This document shows, one piece after another, positions 9,126 to 19,002 of a DNA stretch of 64,000 nt. This DNA comes from Alphaproteobacteria bacterium. Lineage in GTDB: Bacteria; Pseudomonadota; Alphaproteobacteria; Rhizobiales; CAJQND01. The position numbers were made by a program, and so were the translations under genes. Each line of letters opens with the position of its first letter. Position 1 is the stretch's first letter. The stretch lies in NCBI GenBank assembly GCA_024227565.1, contig JAAEUE010000072.1, forward strand, positions 62,192 to 126,191, read 5' to 3'. The notes under the pieces were generated by a model that saw only the letters and a program-made list of their open reading frames with translations, made no database searches and had not been told where the DNA came from.

Positions 9126-10313
9126 ATGGCGACATCTCAAGACGACACAGACGAAAAGCTCTTGATCCGCGTTGAAGGGGCCATGGAAGGCATTGCTCCT
9201 GAGGCGTGGGATGCATGTGCCAATCCTTCAACTCGTCCCTACAACCCATTCTTGTCCCACGCCTTTCTCAATGCGCTTGAAACGTCCGGCTCGGTCTCCG
9301 GACAGACCGGATGGCTGCCCCGCCATCTGGTGTTGGAGGAAGAAGGCAAGGTAACCGGCTGCATGGCCTGCTACGTCAAGTCTCACAGCCAGGGCGAATA
9401 CATCTTCGACTACGGCTGGGCCGATGCCTATGAGCGGGCGGGCGGGCGTTACTATCCCAAGCTCCAGGTCAGCGTGCCGTTCACGCCTGCCACCGGGCGC
9501 CGGCTCCTGGTTGAAGACGGGGCCGATCAGGAATACCGCGAGCGGGCCCTCATGTCCGGCGCCATCGAGCTTTGCCGCAAGGCAGGCGCCTCCTCGGTGC
9601 ACTGGACCTTTGTCACCGAGGGTGAGTATCACCGGCTCGGCGAACTGGGCCTGCTGCAACGCATGGACCAGCAGTTCCACTGGTTGAATGACGGGTATGG
9701 AAACTTTGATGATTTCCTGGATGCCCTCTCCTCACGCAAACGCAAGAACGTGAAGAAGGAGCGCGCCGGCGCCTTGTGTAACGATATCAAGGTTGAATGG
9801 GTCACAGGCAACGACCTGTCCGAAGACCATTGGGACGCGTTCTATGATTTTTACATGGACACAGGCGCGCGCAAATGGGGCCGGCCTTACTTGACGCGCG
9901 AGTTCTTCTCGCACGTTTCCGCCGCCATGCCGGACGACATTCTTCTGGTGATTGCCAGGCGCGATGGGCAGATCATTGCAGGCGCCCTCAATTTCATCGG
10001 CGGCGACACCCTCTACGGCCGCAACTGGGGATGCGTTGAAGACCATCGGTTCCTGCATTTCGAGCTGTGCTACTATCAGGCCATCGAGTTTGCCATCGCG
10101 CGTGGCCTCAAGCGGGTTGAAGCCGGCGCACAAGGACCTCATAAGCTCGCCAGAGGCTATGTGCCCGTGAAGACCTATTCAGCCCATTTCATCGCCGACC
10201 CGGGCCTTGACCAAGCCGTGCGTGAGTATCTCACGCGCGAGCGCCAATATGTGGAAGAAGAACAAGAGCACCTTGCCCGCCACGTCCCCTTCAAAAAGAC
10301 ATTAGATACGTGA
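9126..10313 (+). CDS. GNAT / FemAB-like (DUF482) N-acyltransferase
   Basis: KSHSQGEYIFDYGWADA, YYPKLQVSVPFTPATG, LHFELCYYQAI, EAGAQGPHKLARGY. Confidence 0.92.
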   Translation: MATSQDDTDEKLLIRVEGAMEGIAPEAWDACANPSTRPYNPFLSHAFLNALETSGSVSGQTGWLPRHLVLEEEGKVTGCMACYVKSHSQGEYIFDYGWADAYERAGGRYYPKLQVSVPFTPATGRRLLVEDGADQEYRERALMSGAIELCRKAGASSVHWTFVTEGEYHRLGELGLLQRMDQQFHWLNDGYGNFDDFLDALSSRKRKNVKKERAGALCNDIKVEWVTGNDLSEDHWDAFYDFYMDTGARKWGRPYLTREFFSHVSAAMPDDILLVIARRDGQIIAGALNFIGGDTLYGRNWGCVEDHRFLHFELCYYQAIEFAIARGLKRVEAGAQGPHKLARGYVPVKTYSAHFIADPGLDQAVREYLTRERQYVEEEQEHLARHVPFKKTLDT

Positions 10314-10337
10314 TCTCCCAGACAGGAAAACAGACAT

Positions 10338-10760
10338 ATGCCGACCTACCACACAGATAATATTTTTGCTAAAATCCTGCGCGGCGAGTTGCCCTGTCAC
10401 AAGCTCTACGAGGACGACATGACCATGGCGATCATGGATATCATGCCGCGCTGTGACGGCCACTGCCTGGTGATCCCCAAAGCTGCCTCGCGCAACCTGC
10501 TTGACATCGCAGCCGATGACATTGCCGCCGTGATGGTGACCGCGCAGAAGATGTCCCATGCAGTGATGACGGCTTTCGATGCGCTCGGGGTCACCATCCA
10601 GCAGTTCAACGAGCGGGCAAGCGGCCAGGTTGTGTTCCACACCCATGTGCATGTGCTGCCCCGCCATGACGGCGTGAAGCTGCGCCCGCACACTGGTGAG
10701 ATGGCTGACAATGACGTGTTGGCAGCCAATGCGGAAAAGATCAGAGCAGTGCTGGGATAA
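10338..10760 (+). CDS. HIT family protein
   Basis: NIFAKILRGELP and histidine triad HTHVH. Confidence 0.95.
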   Translation: MPTYHTDNIFAKILRGELPCHKLYEDDMTMAIMDIMPRCDGHCLVIPKAASRNLLDIAADDIAAVMVTAQKMSHAVMTAFDALGVTIQQFNERASGQVVFHTHVHVLPRHDGVKLRPHTGEMADNDVLAANAEKIRAVLG

Positions 10761-10770
10761 GGGTCTTATC

Positions 10771-11115
10771 TCAGAAAATCGGCCGCACGACTTCCTCTAC
10801 CGCAATCATCGTTGCAAAGGCCGCCGCCACTCCGGCCGGAGCGTTTGAAAGCGTATAGTAGACGGCAATTCCGGCGGCATAGGCGCCAAGGCGCGTGACC
10901 AGCAGCGTTTCTTTGAGGATATCAGGCGGGGCAAGCGCCAACTTCACACAGAGCGCGGCAACAATGGCCGTGGCAACGCAGCCAAGCCAGTGGAACAGTT
11001 CACCATTCGGGTTCAGTTTTTGAGCAGCATAGACCCCCAGCGCGCGCCAAACATAGGTCGCCAAGCCTCCTGCCACAATAATCAGGATGAGAAGGTTGAA
11101 CGTCTCCTCACTCAT
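10771..11115 (-). CDS. AzlD-family membrane protein
   Basis: Small hydrophobic protein, TYVWRALG motif; 4 nt overlap with the azlC-like gene. Confidence 0.75.
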   Translation of the reverse strand: MSEETFNLLILIIVAGGLATYVWRALGVYAAQKLNPNGELFHWLGCVATAIVAALCVKLALAPPDILKETLLVTRLGAYAAGIAVYYTLSNAPAGVAAAFATMIAVEEVVRPIF

Positions 11116-11834
11116 GCCGGCACCCTCCTGGACCGGCCGGCCACATACGCCAGCGTGCCGCCGGCAAGACCTGCAACAGCCAAATCATAATCAGGCACAA
11201 GCTCCATGCAGAATGGCAGCAGCAGCACGCCAGCAGCGATGGCGAAATAGTCCGCCCGGCCCTGGGCGTTTGAGAAGAGCGAGATGAAGAAAAAGCACGG
11301 TGACATGAACGCCAAGGCGGCGGCAACGATCGGCGGCAACACCCCGGTTAGATAAAAGCCGGCCACATTCATCCCCAACATGATCACCATCAGGCAGCAG
11401 CCAAGGCCCGTGAGCCACGGCAACCGCCGCTCCCGGGGCATTTCCTTCACCTTTTCCTCGGTGAGCACCCATAGGGTGACCGCAATGAAATGAGCCAGAA
11501 AATAGAGCGGTGTCTTGCTCGTTCCAGGCAGCGCAGAACGCGCCAGCACCAACGTCACCATGGGCAGCAGGCGAATGGCGGTGAAGCTCACAGCAAGCGC
11601 GGTGGCCAGCAGCCCAGCCCCCTCCTCTGCCAGAGTGAGCAAGATCACCTGCCCGGGCAAAGCCCAGATGATCGCCGTGGTGAGAAGCGCAGGCCACACG
11701 TCATAACCCATGCCGCGCACCAAAGCCCCAAACCCTAAGAACGAGGCACACATGACCAGGCCCGCCAGGGAGAACACCCCAGTCATGCCCTGCCAAAGGG
11801 CGGACCACTCATATTGAGGTTTTTCAGCGGACAT
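11112..11834 (-). CDS. AzlC-family permease
   Basis: GFGAL, WALPGQV, AIRLLPM, multiple TM segments. Confidence 0.8.
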   Translation of the reverse strand: MSAEKPQYEWSALWQGMTGVFSLAGLVMCASFLGFGALVRGMGYDVWPALLTTAIIWALPGQVILLTLAEEGAGLLATALAVSFTAIRLLPMVTLVLARSALPGTSKTPLYFLAHFIAVTLWVLTEEKVKEMPRERRLPWLTGLGCCLMVIMLGMNVAGFYLTGVLPPIVAAALAFMSPCFFFISLFSNAQGRADYFAIAAGVLLLPFCMELVPDYDLAVAGLAGGTLAYVAGRSRRVPA

Positions 11835-11905
11835 CGCGTGGAACGAAACACTCTTGGTGAGGCAAAGGCAGGGGTAGGCGTTCGAAGGTTATGCCGGTTC
11901 AGCCC

Positions 11906-12397
11906 TTACGTTTTACCAGCGCGCTCATAGTCGTCGAATTTTCGGGCACCCTCAACGTGATTCTCGCCATCGCTCCAGGAAAGTGGATCCCAGCCCTGGC
12001 GCGCTCTCCATTGGGCGCTGGTAAATGTCGGCACACCATCGCCATCGAGCTTGTAGTAGTGCCCGGCCTCGTTGGTCCAGATATGCACCCGAAGGGTCAC
12101 GTCATCGCTGTTATCAAGAGAACCTGCGGTTATGCCCATCGGGTAGGCGCTGCCGTGGTCGAAGAACAAAGTGGACCCGCACAGCTTGCAGAAGCCCCGC
12201 CGAATTGTTGCCGTGCCTTCAAACCAGGCAAGGCCGGCATCATTCGTGATCTTGATGTGCTCGTGGTGTGCGGCCGTTGCGGCGATGAAATGCCCGCTGA
12301 CCCGCCTGCATTGTTCGCAATGGCAGGCGATCACATCCCGGATCGGACCATGGATCTCATAACGCACTTCGCCACACATGCATTGTCCTGAATACAC
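11906..12397 (-). CDS. GFA (CENP-V) family zinc protein
   Basis: GQCMCGEVRY, CHCEQCRR, RGFCKLCGS; GTG start with AAGGAG RBS. Confidence 0.9.
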   Translation of the reverse strand: MYSGQCMCGEVRYEIHGPIRDVIACHCEQCRRVSGHFIAATAAHHEHIKITNDAGLAWFEGTATIRRGFCKLCGSTLFFDHGSAYPMGITAGSLDNSDDVTLRVHIWTNEAGHYYKLDGDGVPTFTSAQWRARQGWDPLSWSDGENHVEGARKFDDYERAGKT

Positions 12398-12495
12398 TTG
12401 TCAGGTCTCCTTATTTTGCGTTTTATGGAGTGTCGGATCGCAATAGGTTCGCACACAACTCGGCGCTTGTGAACTGCCGCGCACGGCAGCTTTGC

Positions 12496-13149
12496 CTATT
12501 CGAGCGTTACCGCCACATGGCCGTTTTTGTCTGGAGCAAACTGCAAGCCCACGTTCCGCACCCCCTTGCAGCTCTTCACGGTCCAGCTTTCTCGCCACAT
12601 GGTGCCATGCTCCGCCTTGGCAGAAGCTACAAACCGCGTGGTCGCAACCGACACCAGATCCTCAGCTTTGCAACCCGCCGCCGTTGCGTGCTTGCGCTCT
12701 TCGTTCAGCACCAGCCTCATGGTTTCAAACTGCACAACCGGCGTCGTTCGTGTGCTGCCGGACAGATAGGGAAACATCACGGTTTGGCCTTTGTGCCGGG
12801 CACCAACCACGCGTCGCTGATAGGGTTTCCCGCAGCCTTTTACTCCCACAACGTCCATCCATTGCGCTGAAGCGGGCACGCCAATCCCCGGCATCGGCAC
12901 CCGCGCGTCAAGCAAGGTAAGGCCCGTGCGGCCCACCACGTTGGGCGCCTTGCAGCCATTCACGCTGGCCTCATAGCGCGAAACAACGAACCTGAGCTTG
13001 TTCACATAAGGCTTTGAATTCAGTAATTTTTTAAGCTCTTGCTCTTCAGCAGAACTCTGGGCGCGCCCCGGAGCGGCCATACCGAACGTCACTAGAAGTC
13101 CCACAGCAGCCAACGGCGCTAATCTTCGGCCAATCAATGATGTTCGCAT
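12496..13149 (-). CDS. Hypothetical exported protein with internal twofold repeat
   Basis: Signal peptide; two GCK...W-x5-V-K-x-C units. Confidence 0.7.
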   Translation of the reverse strand: MRTSLIGRRLAPLAAVGLLVTFGMAAPGRAQSSAEEQELKKLLNSKPYVNKLRFVVSRYEASVNGCKAPNVVGRTGLTLLDARVPMPGIGVPASAQWMDVVGVKGCGKPYQRRVVGARHKGQTVMFPYLSGSTRTTPVVQFETMRLVLNEERKHATAAGCKAEDLVSVATTRFVASAKAEHGTMWRESWTVKSCKGVRNVGLQFAPDKNGHVAVTLE

Positions 13150-13182
13150 GGCCAGCCTAAGCGTTGGAACGATTACGACAGG

Positions 13183-15630
13183 TCAATCGGTCAGAAGCGG
13201 CACACTTGGAACCGATCCGCCGCCGCCGCCGCTCTTCTTGCGGGGCGGTGCTTTCTTGCGCGCTGCAGGTTTCTTCTTCGCAGCGGCTTTCTTGCGCGGG
13301 GCTTTGGCCTTTGCAGGCTTCGTCGGCTTGGCCTTTTCAGCCTCCCCGGTGAGGAACTCAAAGCCAAGGCCCGATTTGCCGTCCTTGCGCTCAACAATGA
13401 CCCGCACCGTGCCACCGCTTGCAAGCTTGCCGAACAACACCTCGTCAGCCAGCGGCTTTTTGATATTGTCCTGGATCACCCGTGAAAGCGGCCTTGCGCC
13501 ATAGAGCTCGTCATAGCCTTCCTTGGCCAGCCAGTCGGCAGCCTCATCGGTCAGCTCAATCATCACCTGGCGATCGGCCAGTTGGGCTTCCAGCTGCAGC
13601 ACGAACTTCTCGACCACGCGCTGGATGACCTCCAGGCTGAGCGAAGCAAAGCCGATGACCGCATCCAACCGGTTGCGGAACTCGGGCGAGAACATCTTGT
13701 TGATGGCCTCTTCATCATCGCCTTCGCGCTTGGTCTGTGTGAAGCCCATGGCCGGCTTGGCCATGTCGACTGCGCCCGCATTTGTGGTCATGATCAAGAT
13801 CACATTGCGGAAGTCGATGGACTTGCCGTTGTGGTCCGTCAGCTTGCCGTGATCCATCACCTGCAACAGGATGTTGAACAGATCAGGATGAGCTTTTTCG
13901 ATCTCATCGAGCAACAGCACACAATGGGGGTTCTGGTCCACACCATCGGTCAACAGTCCGCCCTGGTCGAAACCGACATATCCGGGAGGCGCACCGATCA
14001 GGCGCGAAACCGTGTGGCGCTCCATGTATTCCGACATGTCAAAGCGCAGAAGCTCAACACCCATGGCATCGGCCAACTGGCGGGCAACCTCAGTTTTACC
14101 CACCCCGGTGGGGCCGGAGAACAGATAGTTGCCAATGGGTTTTTCCGGCTCGCGCAGCCCTGCCCGCGACAGTTTGATGGCAGACGCCAAGGCATCGATC
14201 GCCTTGTCCTGACCAAACACAACCCGGCGCAAGGTGGTTGAAAGATCCTGCAGAACCTCAGCATCGGACTTGGAGACCGTCTTCGGCGGGATGCGTGCCA
14301 TGCTGGCGATGGTTTCTTCCACCTCTTTGATGCCGATGGTCTTGCGGCGCCGCGATTCAGGCAGCAGCATTTGCGATGCACCCGTCTCGTCGATCACATC
14401 GATGGCTTTGTCCGGCAGCTTGCGGTCCGCCATGTACTTGGCCGACAGCTCAACCGCCTGGCGGATGGCATCGTTGGTGTAGCGGATATTGTGGAAGTCC
14501 TCGAAATAGGGTTTCAGCCCTTTGAGGATCTTCACCGCATCTTCAACCGAAGGCTCGTTGATGTCGATCTTCTGGAAGCGGCGCACCAGGGCGCGGTCCT
14601 TCTCGAAATGCTGGCGATATTCCTTGTAGGTGGTGGAGCCAACACACCGCAAGGTGCCGCCGGCAAGAGCCGGTTTCAACAGGTTGGAGGCATCCATGGC
14701 GCCGCCTGAGGTGGCGCCAGCACCGATCACCGTGTGAATCTCATCAATGAACATGATGGCACCATCATACTCTTCAATTTCTTTCACCACCGCTTTCAGC
14801 CGCTCTTCGAAATCGCCGCGATAGCGCGTGCCGGCCAGGAGCGCGCCCATATCCAGCGCGAATATGGTGCAGTCCTTTAAAACTTCAGGAACATCGTTAT
14901 TGACGATCTTGCGGGCCAAACCTTCAGCAATGGCGGTTTTGCCCACGCCTGATTCGCCCACAAACAACGGATTGTTCTTCTGGCGCCGGCACAGAACCTG
15001 GATGGTGCGCTTAACCTCGGCCTCACGCCCGATCAGCGGATCGATGCGGCCATCTTCGGCCTTGCGGTTGAGGTTTACGCAGTAGGCTTCAAGCGCATCG
15101 GTGCCGTCTTTGTTTTCACCACCCTCGCTGCCGGCTTCGCTCTCGCGCTCTTCTTCAACGCCGCGCACATTGCGGGGCTCTGATGAACCTGAGCGTTTCG
15201 CGATGCCGTGAGAGATGTAGTTCACCGCATCATAGCGGGTCATATCCTGTTCCTGCAGGAAGTAGGCAGCATGGCTCTCGCGTTCAGCAAAGATCGCAAC
15301 CAGCACATTTGCGCCCGTAACCTCTTCGCGGCCCGATGACTGCACGTGGATGACCGCGCGCTGAATAACCCTCTGGAAACCGGCAGTTGGCTTTGAATCG
15401 TCCCCGGTGGCCGACACGAGCGTTGCCAGTTCAGTGTCCACATAATTCTCAAGGTTGCGGCGCAGAGCATCCGTGTCCACGTTGCAAGCCCGCATAACCG
15501 CGGCCGCATCCGTGTCATCAATCAGCGCCAGCAGCAGGTGCTCAAGCGTGGCATACTCCTGGCTTCTGTCGTTCGCCAGGGCGAGCGCGCGGTGCAATGC
15601 TTCTTCAAGGCTGCGTGAGAATGATGGCAC
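13183..15630 (-). CDS. clpA: ATP-dependent Clp protease ATP-binding subunit ClpA
   Basis: Clp-N domain and two Walker A motifs ([16 protein letters not shown]); follows clpS. GTG at 15630 after AAGGAG. Confidence 0.97.
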   Translation of the reverse strand: MPSFSRSLEEALHRALALANDRSQEYATLEHLLLALIDDTDAAAVMRACNVDTDALRRNLENYVDTELATLVSATGDDSKPTAGFQRVIQRAVIHVQSSGREEVTGANVLVAIFAERESHAAYFLQEQDMTRYDAVNYISHGIAKRSGSSEPRNVRGVEEERESEAGSEGGENKDGTDALEAYCVNLNRKAEDGRIDPLIGREAEVKRTIQVLCRRQKNNPLFVGESGVGKTAIAEGLARKIVNNDVPEVLKDCTIFALDMGALLAGTRYRGDFEERLKAVVKEIEEYDGAIMFIDEIHTVIGAGATSGGAMDASNLLKPALAGGTLRCVGSTTYKEYRQHFEKDRALVRRFQKIDINEPSVEDAVKILKGLKPYFEDFHNIRYTNDAIRQAVELSAKYMADRKLPDKAIDVIDETGASQMLLPESRRRKTIGIKEVEETIASMARIPPKTVSKSDAEVLQDLSTTLRRVVFGQDKAIDALASAIKLSRAGLREPEKPIGNYLFSGPTGVGKTEVARQLADAMGVELLRFDMSEYMERHTVSRLIGAPPGYVGFDQGGLLTDGVDQNPHCVLLLDEIEKAHPDLFNILLQVMDHGKLTDHNGKSIDFRNVILIMTTNAGAVDMAKPAMGFTQTKREGDDEEAINKMFSPEFRNRLDAVIGFASLSLEVIQRVVEKFVLQLEAQLADRQVMIELTDEAADWLAKEGYDELYGARPLSRVIQDNIKKPLADEVLFGKLASGGTVRVIVERKDGKSGLGFEFLTGEAEKAKPTKPAKAKAPRKKAAAKKKPAARKKAPPRKKSGGGGGSVPSVPLLTD

Positions 15631-15638
15631 TGGACCGG

Positions 15639-15995
15639 TTACTCCTTTTCCATTGTGCACTGCAGGGGATGTTGATGTTCTTTGGCAAAATCCATCACTT
15701 GCGTCACTTTGGTTTCAGCAATTTCGAAGGTGTAGACGCCGCAGACGCCAACACCCTTCTGGTGAACATGGAGCATTACGCGGGTTGCTTGGTCAAGTCC
15801 CATTCCGAAGAACTTCTCCAGCACAAACACCACGAACTCCATGGGTGTGTAATCATCGTTCAAGAGGAGGACTTTATAAAGGCTGGGCTTTTTGGTTTTG
15901 GGCTTGGTGCGTGTGATCACACCGGTCTGGTTGCCCGAACCTTCGTCGCCGTCCTTATCCTCCGCCATAGCGGTTATGATCTGTTCGCAAGCCAT
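15639..15995 (-). CDS. clpS: Clp protease adaptor ClpS
   Basis: [29 protein letters not shown]. Start at 15995 or 15968. Confidence 0.97.
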   Translation of the reverse strand: MACEQIITAMAEDKDGDEGSGNQTGVITRTKPKTKKPSLYKVLLLNDDYTPMEFVVFVLEKFFGMGLDQATRVMLHVHQKGVGVCGVYTFEIAETKVTQVMDFAKEHQHPLQCTMEKE

Positions 15996-16118
15996 CTGTG
16001 TCCTGAAAACCCATCAGTTTCCAACTATCGCGCATCTATATAGTGCTTCGCTCTAAAGATGCGAGCTTTGAGGCCCATCTGCAAGGGACAAGGTGCAAAA
16101 TACTGAAATTTGAACGCG

Positions 16119-16151
16119 AAAAAACCCGGTGCAGTTGCCTGCACCGGGTTT
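16119..16151 (-). terminator. Rho-independent terminator downstream of phasin
   Basis: Minus strand AAACCCGGTGCAG-GCAA-CTGCACCGGG followed by T6. Confidence 0.8.
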
Positions 16152-16238
16152 GAAACCGGATTAACCGGGATCGCGTCGAGATCAGCAAGCCGTTTGGCCC
16201 ACTCGGCCAAAAGGCTTAAAGCTGATCGTCTCCATTAG

Positions 16239-16290
16239 TAGAGCGGGATGCGGGCGCAAAACCGCCCACACTTTTGCTCATCCCGCTCGA
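16239..16290. repeat. RIME/Bru-RS-like palindromic intergenic element
   Basis: TAGAGCGGGATG-CGGGCGCAAAACCGCCCACACTTTTGCT-CATCCCGCTC; has the AAAACCG...CACACTTTT core typical of rhizobial repeats. Confidence 0.65.
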
Positions 16291-16301
16291 ACGCGATCTA
16301 C

Positions 16302-16652
16302 TTACTTAGCTGCTGGAGCTTTGCCAGAAAACTTGGCAACGTTTGCTTCGAACGGCTTGTAAGCTTCTTTAGCGGTCTCTTTGTAGAGTTCGCCGATTTT
16401 GTTCAGTTCGCTCAGGTAAGCTTCAGAAGCTGCTTTGGCGTAGCCCTGCTGAACTTCAACCGCTTTGTCGAAAGATTTTGCAGACATGGCTTTCTCAACC
16501 ACTGCAGAACCTTCTTCGAAAGATTTGCGGGAATAATCAGCAAATTCAGTTGCGATTGTCTGGAAGCCTTTGGTCATCGCGGTTGCGCTTGCCACATAAG
16601 CTTCTAAACCTTCTTTGCCCCAATTTTGGGCTTCTTCAAACGACTTGATCAT
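16302..16652 (-). CDS. Phasin family protein
   Basis: TKGFQTIATEFADYSRKSFEEG...KEAYKPFE; located upstream of clpS. ATG at 16652 after GGAG. Confidence 0.88.
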   Translation of the reverse strand: MIKSFEEAQNWGKEGLEAYVASATAMTKGFQTIATEFADYSRKSFEEGSAVVEKAMSAKSFDKAVEVQQGYAKAASEAYLSELNKIGELYKETAKEAYKPFEANVAKFSGKAPAAK

Positions 16653-16745
16653 TTCACTTGGCTCCTGTCCGCATCGGACTTGGTTCGTATTCAAAAGACT
16701 GGCTATGGGCAGCACCGCCCTTCGCGCTTGCACAAACTCTATATG

Positions 16746-16789
16746 TGCAGTGCACCATCAATGTCAAGAATATTTATTGCAGTGCACAA
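16746..16789 (+). promoter_or_regulatory. Two candidate PhaR boxes
   Basis: TGCAGTGCACCA (16746-16757) and TGCAGTGCACAA (16778-16789) upstream of the phasin; both fit TGCRNYGCASMA. Confidence 0.7.
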
Positions 16790-16834
16790 AAATTCTTTTT
16801 TGTGCCAAGAACGCCCCACATTTGAGCCGCAGAT

Positions 16835-16849
16835 TTAATCAATTGGTAA
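16835..16849. promoter_or_regulatory. Candidate CtrA site
   Basis: TTAA-TCAATTG-GTAA, one mismatch to TTAA-N7-TTAA, upstream of the DD-carboxypeptidase/SPOR gene. Confidence 0.45.
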
Positions 16850-17099
16850 GCCAGATCAGAGAATATCCATAGCTGTTGCAGCCCGGTAACAAACGCGCAG
16901 CAACCCCCGAAGGGACCGGGGTGGTGAGTAGAGTATCGATTTGGGAGATGGGCAGGACAAGACATCGCCCCTTAGCACCGTATCAGTAAACGGCTCGGGG
17001 ACGTACGCTGAGTTTGCCTCAAAACAAACGAAATGCCGCCAAACGTTAGGTGGCGTTCTGATGTTCTCTTCCGTTTCGAAAGCGTGAGGCGAAAATATC

Positions 17100-18599
17100 A
17101 TGTTTGTATGTGTTGGCGAGTATGGCGGCCAGGCCCGGTCCAAGGTGTTCAGCCTTTTAATCTCTGTGATTGGAACGGTCCTGGCCGCTAGTATTTTTCT
17201 AGCGACAATTCCCTCCGCACATGCTGCATCCAAATTTGCTGCCATTACAATCGACGCCAAGAGTGGGCGAATCATTTTTGCCCGCAACGCGGATTCGCTT
17301 CGCTATCCCGCCTCCCTCACCAAGATCATGACGCTCTATCTTCTGTTCCAGGATCTGGAGGCAGGCCGTCTTACAATCGATTCTCGTTTGCGCGTCTCCC
17401 GTCATGCGGCCTCCATGCAACCCTCAAAGCTCGGCTTGAAACCAGGCTCCTCGATCAAGGTGCGCCATGCCATCAAGGCGCTGGTCACCAAATCGGCCAA
17501 TGACGTGGCGGCAACGGTTGCCGAAAACCTGGCCGGCAGCGAGCCGGCTTTTGCGCGCCGCATGACCCGCACAGCGCGCGCGCTTGGCATGACCCGCACA
17601 ACGTTCGCCAATGCCTCCGGCCTGCCCAACCGCCGCCAGCGCACAACGGCGCGCGACATGGCCACGCTCGGTTTGCGCATCCAAAAGGATTTCCCGCAGT
17701 ACTACACCTACTTCCGCACCCGGTCCTTCACCTACAAAGGCCGCAAGTACGGCAACCACAACCGGCTGCTTGGCCGCTTCAAGGGCATTGACGGCATCAA
17801 GACCGGCTACACCCGCGCGTCTGGCTTCAACCTGACCTCATCGGTGCGCCGCAAGGGCAAGCACGTGATCGGTGTTGTGATGGGCGCAAAGTCCGGCCGC
17901 TCACGTAACCGCTACATGGCGGGCATCCTCAAAACCGCTTTGAAAAAAGTGCCCTACCGCAAGAAGCGCTACTTGGCCTCCACCGCCGGAAAGCCGCCGG
18001 GCCGCAAAACTCATGTTGTCGCCGCACTTAAGCCAAGAAAACCCAAAGTGCGCCCCAACATCATCACTCCGAACGGGCAGTCCGACAGCCGGGTTCGCAT
18101 CCTCAATGCGAACGGCACCGCGGCAACCCACGTTCGCGCCCGCATGCAGAGCCTCATCATTGCCAAGACCAGAGAGCCCAAACCAGAACCTGTGCTGGCG
18201 CCTACGATTGTTGCAGAGCCGAAAAGCAATAAATCCGACCGGGCGGACATGGTTCGCCTGACGGACGATGTTCCAGCCCGTGCCCTCCCCGCCAAGAAGG
18301 TCAAGGTGGCCAAACATGCCAAAAAGGCGCGCGCCGGCATGGCCCGCGGCAAAACATGGCAAATCCAGATTGGCGCCTATAAGAGTGCCGGCGATGCCCT
18401 GTCCGGCCTGACGAAGGCCAAGAACACTGGTTTGAAGAGCCTTCGCGGCAAAAAAGCCATGACCATGGTTGTGGACGCAAAAGGCAACAGGCTCTACCGG
18501 GCCCGCTTTGCCGGCTTCAGCCGCAACCAGGCCAAGCGGGCGTGTAAGTCGCTCTCGCGCCGCTCCTTTGGCTGCTTGACGATCGCCCCGCGCAGCTAA
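17100..18599 (+). CDS. D-alanyl-D-alanine carboxypeptidase (S11) with C-terminal SPOR domain
   Basis: PASLTK (SxxK), SAND (SxN), IKTGYT (KTG); C-terminal WQIQIGAY...LYRARFAGF. Start uncertain. Confidence 0.9.
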   Translation: MFVCVGEYGGQARSKVFSLLISVIGTVLAASIFLATIPSAHAASKFAAITIDAKSGRIIFARNADSLRYPASLTKIMTLYLLFQDLEAGRLTIDSRLRVSRHAASMQPSKLGLKPGSSIKVRHAIKALVTKSANDVAATVAENLAGSEPAFARRMTRTARALGMTRTTFANASGLPNRRQRTTARDMATLGLRIQKDFPQYYTYFRTRSFTYKGRKYGNHNRLLGRFKGIDGIKTGYTRASGFNLTSSVRRKGKHVIGVVMGAKSGRSRNRYMAGILKTALKKVPYRKKRYLASTAGKPPGRKTHVVAALKPRKPKVRPNIITPNGQSDSRVRILNANGTAATHVRARMQSLIIAKTREPKPEPVLAPTIVAEPKSNKSDRADMVRLTDDVPARALPAKKVKVAKHAKKARAGMARGKTWQIQIGAYKSAGDALSGLTKAKNTGLKSLRGKKAMTMVVDAKGNRLYRARFAGFSRNQAKRACKSLSRRSFGCLTIAPRS

Positions 18600-18649
18600 G
18601 GAGCCCGCGTGTCTGCCCGAAGGTTTGTCAGCCATCTTACCGACCAGGC

Positions 18650-18961
18650 ATGATTCCCCTGTTTCTGTTCGAACACTCCATCGCATGGATTGTTTCCCAG
18701 CCTGACCTCATGGACAAGCTGAACGCCTACAAGGCGTCACCGGACACCTGGAGCCGGAAGAACACGCGAGATCTGTGCAATAAGCTGGCTTGGAGAACTG
18801 AGCCGTTTTGGGAAACCAAAGGCTACAATCGATCCGAAATGTGGGGGATCTATCCGTACATCGGAGACGTTGTGTACGCCTACATCCACAGCCAAAATGC
18901 TGACGTCCCGCTTACGCACCGAAAAACCGTCCGTGAGATCCACAAGAAGTACGACCGTTAA
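18650..18961 (+). CDS. Hypothetical protein (103 aa)
   Basis: ATG ORF filling the gap between genes; coding-like GC-ending codons; no recognised motif. Confidence 0.55.
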   Translation: MIPLFLFEHSIAWIVSQPDLMDKLNAYKASPDTWSRKNTRDLCNKLAWRTEPFWETKGYNRSEMWGIYPYIGDVVYAYIHSQNADVPLTHRKTVREIHKKYDR

Positions 18962-19002
18962 ACGAAATCGGTCTGACCGGCGGGGACCGTGACCCCCATT
19001 GA

